A DNA stretch of 64,000 nt from Torpedo marmorata (taxonomy: Eukaryota). The translations under genes and the position numbers were made by a program. Of the stretch, positions 1 through 13,778 are shown piece after piece (the stretch's first letter is position 1; each line of letters opens with the position of its first letter). Where the stretch lies: contig OZ360242.1 in the NCBI GenBank assembly GCA_977017645.1, positions 23,188,001-23,252,000 of the forward strand, written 5' to 3'. The notes below the pieces were generated by a model. That model did no database searches. It was not told the origin of the DNA and worked only from the letters and a program-made list of their open reading frames with translations.

Positions 1-2282
1 TGAACCTGGTAAGGTGGCGGACCTCTCAGTGGGGGAGCATTTTGGTGAGACTGACCAGAACTCCCTGAGCTTTAGCATAGCTATGGATAAGGATAAAAGC
101 AGACAAAATGGGAAAGTGTTTAATTGGGGAAGGGCTAATTATGATGGGATGAGGCAGGAACTAGCGAGAGTAAATTGGAAACAGATGTTCAAGGGTGAAA
201 GCACAGAACTAATGTGGAAGAAGTTTAGGGACCACTTGTGTTGGGTTCAGGATAGGTTTGTCCCACTGGGACAGGGAAAAGATGGTAGGAAAAGGAAATC
301 GTGGTTGATGAAGCAGGTGAGGCAGCTAGTCAAGAGGAAGAAGGAAGCATACATTAGAGAGAGGCAGCAGGAAACAGGAAGGGCTCATGAGAAGTATATG
401 GTAGCCAGGAAGGAGCTTAAGAAAGGACTTAGGAGAGCTCGAAGGGAGCATGAGAAGGCATTGGCATGTAGGATTAAGGAGAACCCCAAGGTGTTCAATG
501 CGTATGTGAAGAACAGAAGGATGACGAGAATGAAGGTGGGGCCGCTAAAGGATAAAGGAGGCAACATGTGCCTGGAGGAGGAGGAGGTTGGGGAGGTTCT
601 AAATGAATACTTTGCTTCAGTATTCACAAGAGAAAAGGACCTTGATCAGGGTGAGGTCGGAATAGAACAGGCTTGTGTGCTGGACAATGTAGAGATTAAG
701 GAAGAGGAAGTGTTGGATCTTCTAAAAAACATCGATTGATAAGTCCCTGGGGCCGGACGTGATATACCCCAGGTTGCTGTGGGAAGTGAGGGAAGAGATA
801 GCTGAGGCAGTAGCTATGATCTTTGAGTCCTCTTTGGCTGCAGGGGAGGTGCCAGAAGAATTGGAGAATGGTAAATGTAGTCCTCTTGTTTAAAAAAGGT
901 AATAGGGAGAATCCTGGGAATTTTGACCGGTGAGTCTTACGTCAGTGATGTGCAAACTATTGGAGAGGATTCTTAAGGATAGGATCTATGAACATTTGGA
1001 GAAGTACAGTCTACTCAATGATAGTCAGCATGGCTTTGTGAAGGGTAGGTTGTGCCTCACAGGCATAATTGAGTTTTTTGAGGAGGTAACAAAAGAAAAT
1101 GATGAGGGTAGGGCAGTAGATGTGGTCTACATGGATTTTAGAAAGGCATTTGACAAGATCCCCCATGAGAGACTCGATCAGAAAGTCATGAGGCATGGGA
1201 TCCATGGAAATTTGGCTGTGTGGATAAAAAATTGGCTTGCAGGTAGAAAGCAGAGAGTAGTAGTGGAAGGAAAATATTCTGCCTCGAGGTCAGTGACTAG
1301 TGGAGTACCGCAAAGATCTGTTCTGGGACCCCTGCTCTTTGTGATTTTTATAAATGACCTGGATGAAGAGGTGGAAGGATGGGTTAGTAAGTTTGCGGAT
1401 GACACGAAGGTTGGAGGAGTTGTGGATGGAGCTGAAGGTTGTCGAAGGTTACAAGAGGATATAGACAGGATGCAGAGTTGGGCGGAAAAGTGACAGATGG
1501 AGTTCAATCCGGATAAGTGTGAGGTGATGCATTTTGGAAGGACAAACCAGAAGGCTGACTACAGGGTTAATGGTCGGTTACTTAAGAGTGTGGATGAACA
1601 GAGGGACCTTGGGGTCCAAATCCATACATCCCTCAAGTTCGCTGCACAGATTGATAGGAGAGGTAAGAAGGTCTATGGGATGCTGGGCTTCATTAATAGG
1701 GGGATTGAGTTCAAGAGTAGAGAGGTCATGTTGCAACTCTACAAATCTCTGGTGAGACCACACTTAGAGTATTGTGTTCAGTTCTGGTCACCTCATTATA
1801 GGAAGGATGTGGAAACTATGGAGAGGGTGCAGAGGAGATTTACCAGGATGTTACCTGGATTGGAAAATAAGTCTTATGAGGCAAAGTTAGCAGAGCTGGG
1901 ACATTTGTCTTGGGTGCGTAGAAGGATGAGAGGAGACTTAATAGAAGTCTACAAGATTATGAGAGGCATAGATAGGGTGGACAACCAGCGCCTGTTTCCC
2001 AGGGCAGGAATAGCAAACACCAGAGGACATGTGTACAAAGTGAAGGGAGGGAAGTTTAGGGGAGACATCAGGGGTTAAGTTTTTTTTTAAATGCAGGGAT
2101 AAATGGAGGCTGAAACATTAGGGGCATTTAAGAGACTCTTAGACAGGCACATGGATGGAAGAAAAATAGAGGTTTACGGGGTAGGGAGGGTTTAGTACTT
2201 TTATTTTAAGGAATATATGGGTCGGCACAACATCGAGGGCCGGAGGGCCTGTACTGTGCTGTAGTGTTCTATGTTGTATGTT
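1..2282 (+). mobile_element. CR1-clade LINE, ORF2 (RT) and 3' UTR, disrupted by stops and a frameshift; runs off the window start
   Basis: ORFs 14..739, 930..1493 ([28 protein letters not shown]) and 1497..2078 (RPHLEYCVQFWSP, RGDLIEVYKI); short-repeat tail at ~2265-2282. Confidence 0.93.
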
Positions 2283-2675
2283 ATCTTTAAAGATTTTTGT
2301 CATTGGGCGATGAGAATAATTAGGAGGAGAAACTGGCAGATAATGAAGTTGCTGCATTGCGCTAGTGCATAACTCTGTGCAATCTCTGATATGAGAAAGT
2401 TGCTTTTCCTTCCTTAGTGATGAGGAATTAGATTTACTCAGTTCCAGTGAGCATATATTTTATCCCTGAGAATTTAGCAATGAGGCTCCATGCCTTAAAA
2501 AATACGTTATTTCCTTGAATAAAAATACCAATTTCTAATATTTGATTTTTAAAGTTTGGGTGGTTAAATGCCATCTGAAGCCTGCAGATGTGTTGTACAA
2601 ATCTCATCCATTCCACTTCAGCTGTGTGTGAGAACCACACGCCTTAGAAATTCATTGCAGCAAGGATTTACCTAC

Positions 2676-2829
2676 CTCAGCTCGATAAGGCAAGAATATG
2701 GCACTGGCCAGGTTTCCTGTGATCCCACTCAGGATGTAAATGATGGAAATCCGAAGCCACCCTGCCAATTTTTCCAGGTCCCTAAGGATTGTCATTTGGA
2801 AGCAGATGGATACAAAGCAATGCAGAACC
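2676..2829 (-). CDS. RHBDF1: iRhom1 coding exon (154 nt), rhomboid-fold TM region: [51 protein letters not shown]
   Basis: Acceptor cccgtag, donor GAG|gtaggt; lies within ORF 2652..2843. Confidence 0.96.
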
Positions 2830-3354
2830 CTACGGGACAACAAAACAAAGAGGTGTGATCACCAAATTATGCTTTTTGTACATTTGAAAGGGATTTTATT
2901 CATGCCGCTCAAAATCATGACACAGTTTTTGTACATGGTGCGCACTCACTGGCTACAAACATTATTTTCTGTTACAGATTTTAACAATTAAAAATAATTC
3001 TTGATGTTGACAATATCAAGGCTTTGTTAATTGTTCATCTCAAGACGTCTTAACATGGTGAATATGGAGAGAGATGCTTTCTCTTAACGGAGAATCAAGA
3101 ACTTGGGCTCACTATTTAAATAAGGGGTCAGCCACCTTAGACAGAGATGTAGTGATTTATTTCTGTGGGTCATGGGTCTTTGGAATTCTCTGCCTCAAAA
3201 GTGGTGTATATGTAGTTTGAATATTTTCAAGGCTTGAGGTAGGTAGACTCTTGATGTGCAGGAATGTGAAGTTAAGATCACAATCAGGTCAGCCATGAAT
3301 GGGAGAACAGGCTCACAGGGCTGAGTAGCCTATTGCTCTAATTGATCTGTTGCA

Positions 3355-4072
3355 TAGTAAAACCCCTGGTAACCAGAATTTAAGCAACCGGCAGCCTCAA
3401 GCAACCAGCAAAAAAAATTGAGGAAAATAAATTAAAAAATTAAAATAAATAAGAATTAAATAATAGATTAAAAAATAGGCAAGTTTAAAATTGTATAAGT
3501 AAATGTTCTCTGAAGAAACACATAAACCTTTGGTGAAGATGGGAGCAAATGTTCAGCCAGCAGAGTACCTTGGTCGTGCTTTTCTCGTAGCAGCTGTTTG
3601 AATAAAGTTGTGTGAAACAGCAATGGCGTCGCCCAGGATGAAGAGCTGGTTGATGCTGCTCACCGTTGGGGTGACTCTCTTAAAGTGTCTCCTTATCCCT
3701 GCTTAGTGAGAGTTGCCCCGGTCAGAGGCCTTATTTGTAAACTTGGGGGAGGGGAAGGTTAATTATCTATAATGATATTGTTCGTCTTTCGGGCGGCTCC
3801 GTGGAAGGGAAGGAACCTGCAGATGCAGCGACGGTTAAATGTTTTCAAAGAATCTGACTGAAAATAAAATAAAATGCTTTAAGGTTTATATATTCCCGCA
3901 AGTGAAGTTTGTTCAGTATAAGTACTGATTAGTATTTTTGTCTTTTAAACTGTTTATTCTTAATGCAGGTGTATTAGTTAGGCATTGTAAGAGTAAGTCT
4001 CAAGCAACCAGAAAATACACTTATCCGGCATTTTCCAATCCCCATAGGTGCCGGATACCAGGGGTTTTATTG
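3355..4072. mobile_element. Non-autonomous Tc1/mariner-pogo (Tigger-like) element, long form
   Basis: TIRs tagtaaaacccctggtaacc...ggataccaggggttttattg followed by TA; homologous to 14299, 48170 and 58072. Confidence 0.8.
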
Positions 4073-5226
4073 TATGTCCAATTTGCTCCAGGAAAGTACT
4101 GATTGACCTCCTCCTTGAGCTGCTTTAATTCTTATTGGGACCATGGGATTCCAATGGTGAAAGGTTGGGAGTTCCAGGAGTTTGGCCAAATGGTCGATGA
4201 ACAAGTCACGGTGGTGAGAAAGGCTTAGGAAATGATCGTTAACCCACAGCAATACTATCTACGCTCATCTCAGTAGTACTGGTTGGGCTGCTCAAATAAT
4301 GTGGGTGAGTCACTGGAATGCTTCATGTAGATCAGTCAAACAGAATGCGCTGATGGTTGGAGAGGATGACTCTCTAGCCCAGTTGGCATGGGCACTGATC
4401 AAGTGGGCCGCCCTGTAGTAGCTGCTCTGGAATCCCTAATGTTACGGCAGATGTGTTCATCCAAGCAAATGGCAGTATTTTCATGGAAAACCAAAAGTGC
4501 TGGAAATACTTAGCAAATCGGGCAGCATTTGTAGAGTAAAAGCAGTCTGAAAAATAATCTGAAATTTACTTTTTCTCCACATCATGCTGCTTAACTGACC
4601 AGGCACTTCCAGTACTTTTGTTTTTAAATTGCCAATTAAACTGCTTTTGAAGATTGCCTCCAGGTTGCACTATCTGAAGCAGCTCGTTGCAGGAGGTGAG
4701 CGACAGATCCCAGAGTGACTCGTTATAGAGTATCCAGCCTTTTGTCCTGTTCTTGTACACATGGTACAAAAAAGTTAGCTCAGGTCAGTTTCAGATCAGC
4801 TATGAAAGTTAAGGAATGTGGACAGAGGTCCCTCGCAGAGAATCTCAAATCTCAGAAGCAACAGCATGGGAACACCATTTCATCTCATGTAAAATTAAGC
4901 ATACACAATTTTTCCCCTCATTATTCTGCCAATTGTTTTGGCCATTTTTGTTGGTTTTTCGAAATGACCTGAAATAAAGTGAGGAAATAAATTTTAACTG
5001 AAGCCTTTGTTTGTAATAGTTCAATAGGAAGCCACGATAAGCTCTCCAGTGCCATCCTGCTCCCCATTCACAGGTGTATTCCACTGACCTCTTTAACGAT
5101 TACTTATTAGGCTTCTTAAGGGCTGAGAAATTTAGCTTCCTGACCTCAATTATTACACTTTCCCCAAAGGGGCCCGAATCTGTGAGGGAAGCAGTATGAA
5201 AGATTCTTTGAAAAAGACTAACAAAT

Positions 5227-5460
5227 TGGGCAGCGGAGTTGGCGCCACTCTATCACAGCGCCAGTGACCTGGGTTCAAAACCACTGCTGCCTGCGAAGAG
5301 TTTGTACATTCTCCCTGTGTCTGCGGGGTTTTTCTCCGGGTACTCCGGTTTCTTCCAAAGATGTACGAGTTGGTAGGTTAATTGGTCACATGAATTTATT
5401 TGGGTGGCGCAGGCTCATGGGCCGGAAGCCCACTGTGCTGTATCTCTAAATTAAATTAAA
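5227..5460 (+). mobile_element. tRNA-derived V-SINE (HE1-like)
   Basis: tRNA-like head (gggttcaaaa), V core ttctccctgtgtctgcggggtttttctccggg, CR1-type tail. Confidence 0.85.
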
Positions 5461-6114
5461 TTTTGTGTTTGATTTTCTGGAGTGAGACATGAATTTACAA
5501 ACATCTGAGTCAGGGACAAGAGCATTCCCTGCAGAACTGCAGTTGACTGGGAAAACAATGGCAAACAATTAAAAACAGGAAATGGAAGGAGATACAAAGC
5601 AGGTTTGCGAGCAACAGTAGAGAAAAGGGCTTAAAGTAAGCCATGCGGCTACGGAGGTTACAAGAGCGCAGGAGGCTTGGGCATCGATGGGACTCTTGTT
5701 TCTTTCTCTTTCTCAGTAGGGGTGCCGGACTAGTGACACCTCTGTGTGCCTTTACAGGCAAACAAAAGTAAACAACCTTTGTGTATTTATGTACATGACG
5801 ATCAAGGAACCTTGAGCACCTCAGGTCAATGTCCTTGCAGCAGTATTTAGTTTACTTCTATCGGTTTCCATAGTATTTTGCTTTTATATTAATCCTAAAT
5901 TCAAAGACCAGCCTAAATTTAAAAGTTTTAGAATTGGACAGTATTTTCCTCAAATTATTTACAGTGATAAATTAGCATGCTGAACATTTTTAAACAGGGG
6001 TCATTTAAATGGTACAATAATTGGATTAATAGGGCTTTAAAGTTTCTGCACAATAGGATGTAGGTCAAGTGCTCCAGGTCAGTTCATTGCTACAATAAGA
6101 GTGACTTCAATTTA

Positions 6115-7065
6115 CCGTATTTGATGGCATATAGGACCCACTGGCATATAGGACCCCACCCATTTTTAGCGTGAGATTTCAGGAAAAAATAATTTTAGTG
6201 TATTTACCTTCACAGCAGCAACGCGGCCTCCTTCCCGCTGCACGCCGAGGCTCAGGCTGCTTCCCTCCCCCCTTCCCCCCCACCGTCCAAACGCTAATTG
6301 ATTGACAGGTGTGCCAGGACCTGCGAGAGTGGGAGGAAGAGAAGCCAGGACAACGTGCAGGGCCTAAGCCCACCGTCGCGGGGAGCAGACAATCAATCGC
6401 TTGTTTTGAGGGGAGCGCTGGGCCTCAGTGATCAGGCTCCACGCTGAGCCTTTGTTCGACGCACACGGCCCCCCGAACAGATTGAATGAGGCGCGGGTGG
6501 CAGTGATCGATCGGGCGGCCTGTTGAGCTGAGCTTGACAGGCCGCTCGCTCACTGCCACCCGCCCCCGCGCCTCATTCAATTTGCTCGAGGGTCCGTGCT
6601 CGTCGAACAAAGGCTGATCATTGAGGCCCAGTGCTCCCCTCAAAGCACTGTTGGTGAGAGCGAACGGGCGGGGAGCGAGCGAGCGGGGAGAGTGAATGGG
6701 CGGGGAGAGAGCGGGTGGGCTGGGACAGCAAACGGGAGGGAGAAAACGGGCGAGAGCGAGCGGGCGGGCGGGGAGAGCGAATGGGAGGGAGAGAGCGGGC
6801 GGGTAGGAAGGAGGGAGAGAGCGAGCCTTCTTACCAGGGGAAGTGAGCGGTGCCGGCGGCGACTCCGGAAAGTACGGGCCACCCAAGGGAAAGTGGTCCG
6901 CGTAGCTGCGGGCCCGCTTCCAGGACTCCACTCAGTGCCCAAAATGGCAGCACCAAAATGGTGGCACCAAATTGTCACCTTCGCATATAAGACCCAGGGT
7001 GGTTTTTTAGGCGATTTTTTGGGGGAAAAAGGGGGGGGGGGGGTCTTATATGCCGTCAAATACGG
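6115..7065. mobile_element. Non-autonomous Tc2-like (Tc1/mariner superfamily) element with CpG-rich palindromic interior
   Basis: TA|ccgtatttgatggcatataggaccc...gggtcttatatgccgtcaaatacgg|TA; CCGTATTT termini are typical of Tc2-type elements. Confidence 0.85.
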
Positions 7066-8305
7066 TATATGAAATTGATTATTAAATCAAACACTATTTT
7101 CTGTTTGCTGGCATTACTGAAATATTTCTGTACATGCAGCTTAGATGTAGGACCTGTGGTACTCACTTACAAATGCTTGATATAATTAGAGATGTAATTA
7201 CCAGATACATTTTTTTTTTATTCTTCCCTTCCTTTTAAAAAATGATCCCTTGCAATAATTAGTCTGCCAATAGAAATCTCCCTCATCACCCTGTTCATTT
7301 GACAAGGTTTAATGAAACTACTAACTTACTTTCTTAGAAATTAAAACTGGTTTAAAGCTTGCGTTTATTTTGCTAAACTCATAACTATCCCAATGGACAG
7401 TGAAACAGCGAGTGGAAGATACTGTAACACCACTTTGGTTGGAACTGCACAGGACAGTTGAAGAAAAAGGCATTGGAGTGCTGCTGGATTTAGTGTTGAG
7501 TTTCCATTTACTAAAGAGGTTTACCTTGTAATAAGCTGCGCAAAGCTGATCTTGTTTGTAAGTGCTCAGACACGTGCTGATGAAGCCGATGGAGAAATGC
7601 AGGAATTAATAGCCAGGTTGAAGACAAGAATTAGAACTACGCTCTGTGGAAGGTTCGTGTGACTGACCATCCCAGGATTATAGTTTGTAACAAGACTGGG
7701 TTCTGGAATGGCAGTGATTATGAATCCAGCGATTCATCTTATTTAGCCCCTAGGTTTTATTTACTCCAGTTTACACAATCAGTAACAAAAATACTGTGAA
7801 TGTCATAACCCACTTCGACTGTACACTTCCCAGATCAAATAAACTTAGTTTCTTCCATGACAAAAAAAGAGCTGAAAAAAATTAGACCGGCGCTATCCAT
7901 TATACTCCACTTTTTGCACTGTCACTCCATCTATTTTCATTTTATTCTCAACATTAAAAACAAAATTAACATTCATTACTCCTTCTTATTCACTTTGAAT
8001 GATTTTCTTTGTCATGCTAATGATTTTGTGTGGAAAAAAACTTTGATATTTGTGCTAAACTTAACACTGCGTTATTTTAAGCGGAGTGCCCTGGTTCTGT
8101 TGCCAAGGAGAGGGCAAGGAGGCAAAAGCCAAGGAATTAACTTCATAGTTGGGGCCCAATGATTACACTTGCAGCTGAACATGTATTTAGTTATTACAAA
8201 ATTTCTGCTCAGGTCCGACAACCGGACAGCCAATTTAGAAACAAAGGATCGGGTGAGGTAGTGGCGATTTCTCATCCTCATCTGGTTATGTAACCTAGTA
8301 GTACA

Positions 8306-9157
8306 CAAAGAAAAACATGAAAGTCTGCAGACACCGTGATGGAAGTAAAAATACAATGCTGGAGAAACTTAGCAGGTCAAACAGTGTCCTTTACGTAGCA
8401 AAGATAAAGATACATAACCAACATTTTGGGCTTGAGCCCTTCAACAAGGCATGGAAAAATGTCAGCAGGCGCCCAAACAAAATGGTTGGGGGGGGAGAAG
8501 CAGGCGGAAGAGCACGAATAGAGAGTAGGTTAGCAGAAACCGGAGAAGTCGATGTTAATGCCATCTGGTTGGAGAGTGCCCAGACGGAAAATCAAGTGTT
8601 ATTCTTCCAATTTATGGGTGGTCTTGGTGGGATAGTACATGAGGCCATGTACAGTCGTGTGAGCATGGAGTGTGGCATGGAATTGAAGTGATTGGCCACT
8701 GGGAGATCCCTGTCACTGATGCGGACAGAGCGAAAAGGTGCTCAGCGAAGCGATCTCCCAGCCTACGCCCAGTCTCTCTGAGGTAGAGAAGGCCACAAAG
8801 GGAGCACTGGATGCAGTTGCTAACTCCCGCGGATACACGTGTTGCTTCACTTGAAAGAACTGTTTGGGGCCCCGAATGGTGGTGACAGAGGACGTGTGGG
8901 CACAAGTGCGGCACTTCCTGTGGCCACAGAGGAAGGTGCCAGGGGTGTGATTGGTGGGGAGGGATGAGTGGACGAGGGAGTCTACGGAAGGCGGAGAGGG
9001 GAAGATGTGTCTAGTAGTGGGATCCTGTTGTAGGTGGCAGAAATTACAGAGGATAATGTGTTGGATGTGGAGGCTGGTGGGATGGTTATGTATCTTTATC
9101 TTTGCTACATAAAGTACACTGTTTGACCAGCTGAGTTTCTCCAGCATTGTGTTTTTA
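8306..9157 (-). mobile_element. Penelope-like element fragment (GIY-YIG endonuclease region) with inverted terminal segments and 11-bp TSD
   Basis: CIQCSLCGLLYLRETGRRLGDRFAEHL; 8345-8420 is inverted at 9083-9158; TSD ctagtagtaca at 8295-8305 and 9158-9168. Confidence 0.85.
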
Positions 9158-9609
9158 CTAGTAGTACATGGTTATGTTACTAGGTTAGTGATCCAGAGAC
9201 CTGGATTATTGACTCAGAGGAACATTCAAATACCAATATCGCAACTGCAGCATTTAAATCCAGTTAATAGAATATATAAAGAAAACAAATAGCTCAATAA
9301 TACCATTTTAAGGGAAGGAATCTGTCATCCTTCCTAAATGGGACTGCAGTCCTTCAACAGTGCAGTTGATTCTTAACGGCCTTCTAGCAAGCTATTTAAT
9401 TCAAGAACAATTAAGAATAGACAATAAGTAATGGCCTTGCGCCAACACCCACAACCCAGGAATGAACAAAACAGCTGTGATCGCCCCATGACCAGTCACA
9501 GTCATAGATAGCAGCATTTCAACAATTATTTCACAGCACTTTCAAAACTAGAGTGCAGGGTGAAGAGACAAGCAGTCTGGAGCTCGCTGCATCACACTGA
9601 GAGTGCCTA

Positions 9610-9762
<153 letters not shown>

Positions 9763-11805
9763 TTACACTGGTCATGCACCTTTTAAAGCAAGTACCTCAG
9801 TTATGGATGCATTAGCGTTCCATGCCTTGAAAACACCACTAAACATTTAACACTTCAATAAGCAAAGGCATCGAAGTATATAGTCCTAGCATGGACAAAT
9901 GGAATTAGTGCAGGTGGGCAAAAATGTTGGCATGGATATGGTGGCTGAAGGGCTGACTTCTGTGCTGTGCTATGAGATGCCGTTCAGAGTCTTATCACGG
10001 TGCACCCCCTTTGACCTTCCATTTCTACCCTTCACATAGTTTTTCTGTCATTCCTCTCTTCACATTTAAATCAAAACCTGATACCACATTTTCCTAACTA
10101 AATGGTTGAAGCTTTTGCCACTGAAAATAAGAGGGGCTGCTATGGCAGGCAAATGTCACATGCATTATGATTTAAATGGGCATGGGGATTCAAACTCAAC
10201 AGTTTGATCCCATTTTTTTTTTACGTTGCCCGTGGATTGGGCACGTGTATAGCACCAGTCAGACTGGATTGCCAAGACTCTGCTCTACATGCGGACTGCA
10301 GGTGAAGTGCAAACACCCTCATGAACTGACTTGCCAGGAAGCTGATTAAATAGGTCAGGAGGCTTTCAGTAAGAAAGACGGCGGGAGGACAGGCGTTAGT
10401 AAAGAAGCAGCAGCACAGAACAAAACCTTCCCCAGAATAATGAACAAGGACAGGGGCAAAACAATAAAATTGCTCAAAAATTTTTTCAAATTACTCAGCT
10501 GCCATATTGCTCAATAAACAATGAGGAGGGCTGATTTTCCCATGCCAACACAGAGAAAAATCCCAGTACCCGTCAGCTCTTCTCATGACTAATGTGCAAG
10601 TTGTGGGCTAAGACGCTGATTATTGTTGACTTCAGAAGGGGACAGCATTCCAATGAATTGGGTGCAAGAGCCAAGAGATGTCGATGAAGGAGGGAAAGAA
10701 CTACTATTTCTAATCCAGTCAAAATCAAAAAAACTACCAAAAGTCTATCAAGATAAATTCACTAACACTGACCCTGGGGCTTGATTTATTGCTTTATTTT
10801 TATTTTCTTAATGGGAAGTGAAGTTAAGCCAAGTGAGATAGACTTCTTACTCTGTGTACTTGTTTGCCTGTTAAATAAAGTAGCTTAAGATTTGGGTTTA
10901 GCCAAACTGCTTTGATTCTGTCTACTGAGAGATTAATTAAAGAGTGCATACGAAGACACGTGCAATAGTCAATTTACACCATCACAGGGTTATCGGACAT
11001 TTCATCCCAGTTTGATCCTGGATTATGCAGCATTCCCAAATATTACTGAATATTTAAAGTGGGACTGAAGTTTCAATCTGAGCTTTAGCACCGAGAGGAG
11101 ATGTTGATCAAGTTTGGGCTTTTTCTCCCCAACTCGCATCACAAAGGTGCACACCATGTTGGTGAGTGATCTATATAAACGGAGGCAGTTTCACTTGCCC
11201 ACCTGCACAGAGTGAACATATTGGGCTAAATAACCAGGCAAGATTGAAAGAGGATAAAATATCACATGACCAAGGCAGTCAGATATTGAATCTAAAGGAA
11301 TCTTGAATTTCTTTGAAATAACCAGAGTTAAAATTAAAGGAAGGTTGACACAGGCAACCAGACCATAACAGTAGCATAAAGCAACATAAACCAAAGTGAT
11401 TGTAAGTTGTACTCGAGATGCAAATAGGTACCAAAGTTAGACTTTGCACAGATAAACTAAATGGGAACCACGAGAAAATATTTTCAACAGTACTCGCTGC
11501 TGTTCTTATTGTTAACTCTCCCCATCATTGAAAGCAGAAGAGTGCTGGTCTGGAGAAAGTATGGATAGAGCTCCACATTCACTTCACTGGAAGAAAGTCA
11601 AATGCCACTCAAATTTCCATCACACAATGCAAAGATCTTGAGAGTAAAAACAAAGCCATTGGTAACTGAGGACCACAGGATCCTCTACATAAACAGACCG
11701 ATAATGAGGTAACTTGTCATGCTGCACTTGTCTGTGAGCAAGAAAACTACTATAGTTTGATTGTGACAGCTTCCAGAGGGCATTCAATCAGAGCTGCCAA
11801 CCAAA

Positions 11806-12058
11806 GGGCGGCATGGTCAGCATAGCGGTTAGCGTAACGCTATTACAGCGCCAGCGACTGGGGTTTGAATCTGGCACTGTCTGTAAGGAGTTTGTACGTT
11901 CTCCCCGTGTCTGCGTGGGTTTCCTCTGGGTGCTCTGGTTTCCTCCCATCGTTCAAAAATGTAACGGGGGTTGTAGATTAATTGGGTGTACTTGGGCAGC
12001 ACGGGCTCGTGGGCCGGAAGGGCCTGTTACTATGCTGTATGTCTAAATGTTAAAAAAA
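11806..12058 (+). mobile_element. tRNA-derived V-SINE (HE1-like)
   Basis: gggcggcatggtcagcatagcggttagc...gttctccccgtgtctgcgtgggtttcc...gggccggaagggcctgttactatgctgtat. Confidence 0.9.
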
Positions 12059-12557
12059 CATTTTTTAAAAAGGTCTTCCGCAAATTTAGAAATTCTCCTT
12101 TCAATCGGACTCTTCCATTTGTATCTCTCGTCAGACTTCATCGCAATTAAAACAGTGCTGTCATTAGCCAAGGCTCTGAAGCAGGAAAACATACACAAGC
12201 TGCAGCCATCTCCTTCCTCTGACACTAAAATTTGCTTCAAGGATTTATTCCTTTCTGCATCCGAGAATAAGCGGTCTCTATGGCGTGAATGGTAGGAAAA
12301 CAAATTTAGAACCAATGGACCTCCTGCCTGATTTCATGAGTTTTATTTCCCCCAGGGATCCTGATGACAATAAACCAAAACTGCAATGAGGAGAAAAATA
12401 TTCCTGCACACAGTGGGTATGCATCTCCTGTCACTTTTAGAACATTTTCCTCCTGCTCCGTGACCATCTTCTTCCACTCTTAACTGCAAAGTATAGTGAA
12501 CATAGGTGGACAAAGACATGCTTTGCTAGGAAGCAAAACAATGCCAACAAAATGAGA

Positions 12558-12663
12558 GGAGTAAAAAACACCAAGGTCTGCAGATGCCGTGATTGAAGTA
12601 AAAACACAATGCTGGAGAAACTCAGCAGGTCAAACGCTGTTTCTCCAGCATTGCGTTATTACT
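12558..12663. mobile_element. Minimal Penelope-derived hairpin element
   Basis: Arms 12597-12621 and 12639-12663 are inverted; flanked by aacaaaatgaga / aacaaagtgaga. Confidence 0.7.
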
Positions 12664-12886
12664 AACAAAGTGAGACATTGGCATTGAACATCCTAATGCC
12701 TATTTATTAGTGACCAATCTTTCACAGTGGAGAAGAGCATCAGCATCGCACTGTAGAGTCCATTTAAAGTTAAAGTATCCAGAATAAGCTGTGCTTGTCG
12801 TATTTCAATTTAGTGCTTGCATCCTTGCAGCTAGTTCCAGAATCACATAAATATCAATACAGTACCAGGAATTAAGTGAAGATTCA

Positions 12887-13021
<135 letters not shown>

Positions 13022-13683
13022 TTAGTCACAAAGTTCAATGTAATTTCACACTTGGCGGCCTTGGTATTTGGTGAGAGGTGAGCCAACGTGATGTGAACAT
13101 CTGAATTGCCCTGAAGTGAAGAGTAGCGGTAAAGTAAGTGGAACCACTCTAGGGTGCAGACAATCCCTCCCTTCAGTGGTGTGACACCGACCAGGGGCTG
13201 AAGCAGCAGATCTTCGTGGAAATCTCACCAGTGAGAACAGAAATGCTGATCTTTTCAGGAGCTTATTGAAGAGTCATCCAGGCATGTTCTCCCCAAGCTT
13301 TTCTGTCATTTTAAAAGAGCTGAGAAATAAGAGGGGATTTCCAGAGAAATAGAGAAGCTTCCCAGACACCACGTGTATCCATCTTTCCCTGGTGTTTACC
13401 CAAGCTGCTCGGCCTGAAGAGTAAAAGGTTCTGCATCAAGACTCCCCAGATTCTAAAGTGAGTTCAATTCATCTGCTCTCTGTTCTGCTTTTGTTATTCC
13501 AAATGATGAGGCTAATTATCCTATTTAAACCTTCCCACTAAAATACCAAAAGCATTTAATCATTTCAGCGAATTACCAATACCATTCCAAATCTGATTAC
13601 TTACTAAGTTTTGTTCAAATAAAATAAATGCAGATGATATTGGCTTCCCATATCTAGGCTTCTGTGACTGTGCTGATACTCAC

Positions 13684-13778
13684 CTCCCTTTAGTGCCAAT
13701 ACAGCAGGGCCGGCCTGTGATCACACAGTCCAAGTGTGGAAAGTTAGTGTGGTTTCCAGCAGCACTTTTAGTGCAAAT
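13684..13778 (-). CDS. RHBDF1: iRhom1 coding exon (95 nt): [31 protein letters not shown](R)
   Basis: Translated by hand; acceptor ttttttccag, donor AG|gtgagt. Confidence 0.96.

Noticed and set aside
14-2078. Long RT ORFs (also 62048-63906) as active retrotransposons or domesticated genes
   Set aside because: They contain in-frame stops, frameshifts and mutated conserved motifs, as expected of dead copies.
6179-7072. Overlapping GC-rich ORFs or a CpG-island promoter of a nested gene
   Set aside because: The region is bounded by TIRs and TA duplications; the ORFs are low-complexity products of GC richness.
11806-11880. tRNA-like sequences with A and B boxes (also at 47080-47153 and 50210-50286)
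   Set aside because: They are SINE heads continuous with the V core and CR1 tail, not tRNA genes.
13400-13413. Possible 14-nt microexon on the minus strand (ctcttcag|GCCGAGCAGCTTGG|gtaaac)
   Set aside because: It would shift the frame, the flanking exons already join in phase, and such motifs occur by chance.
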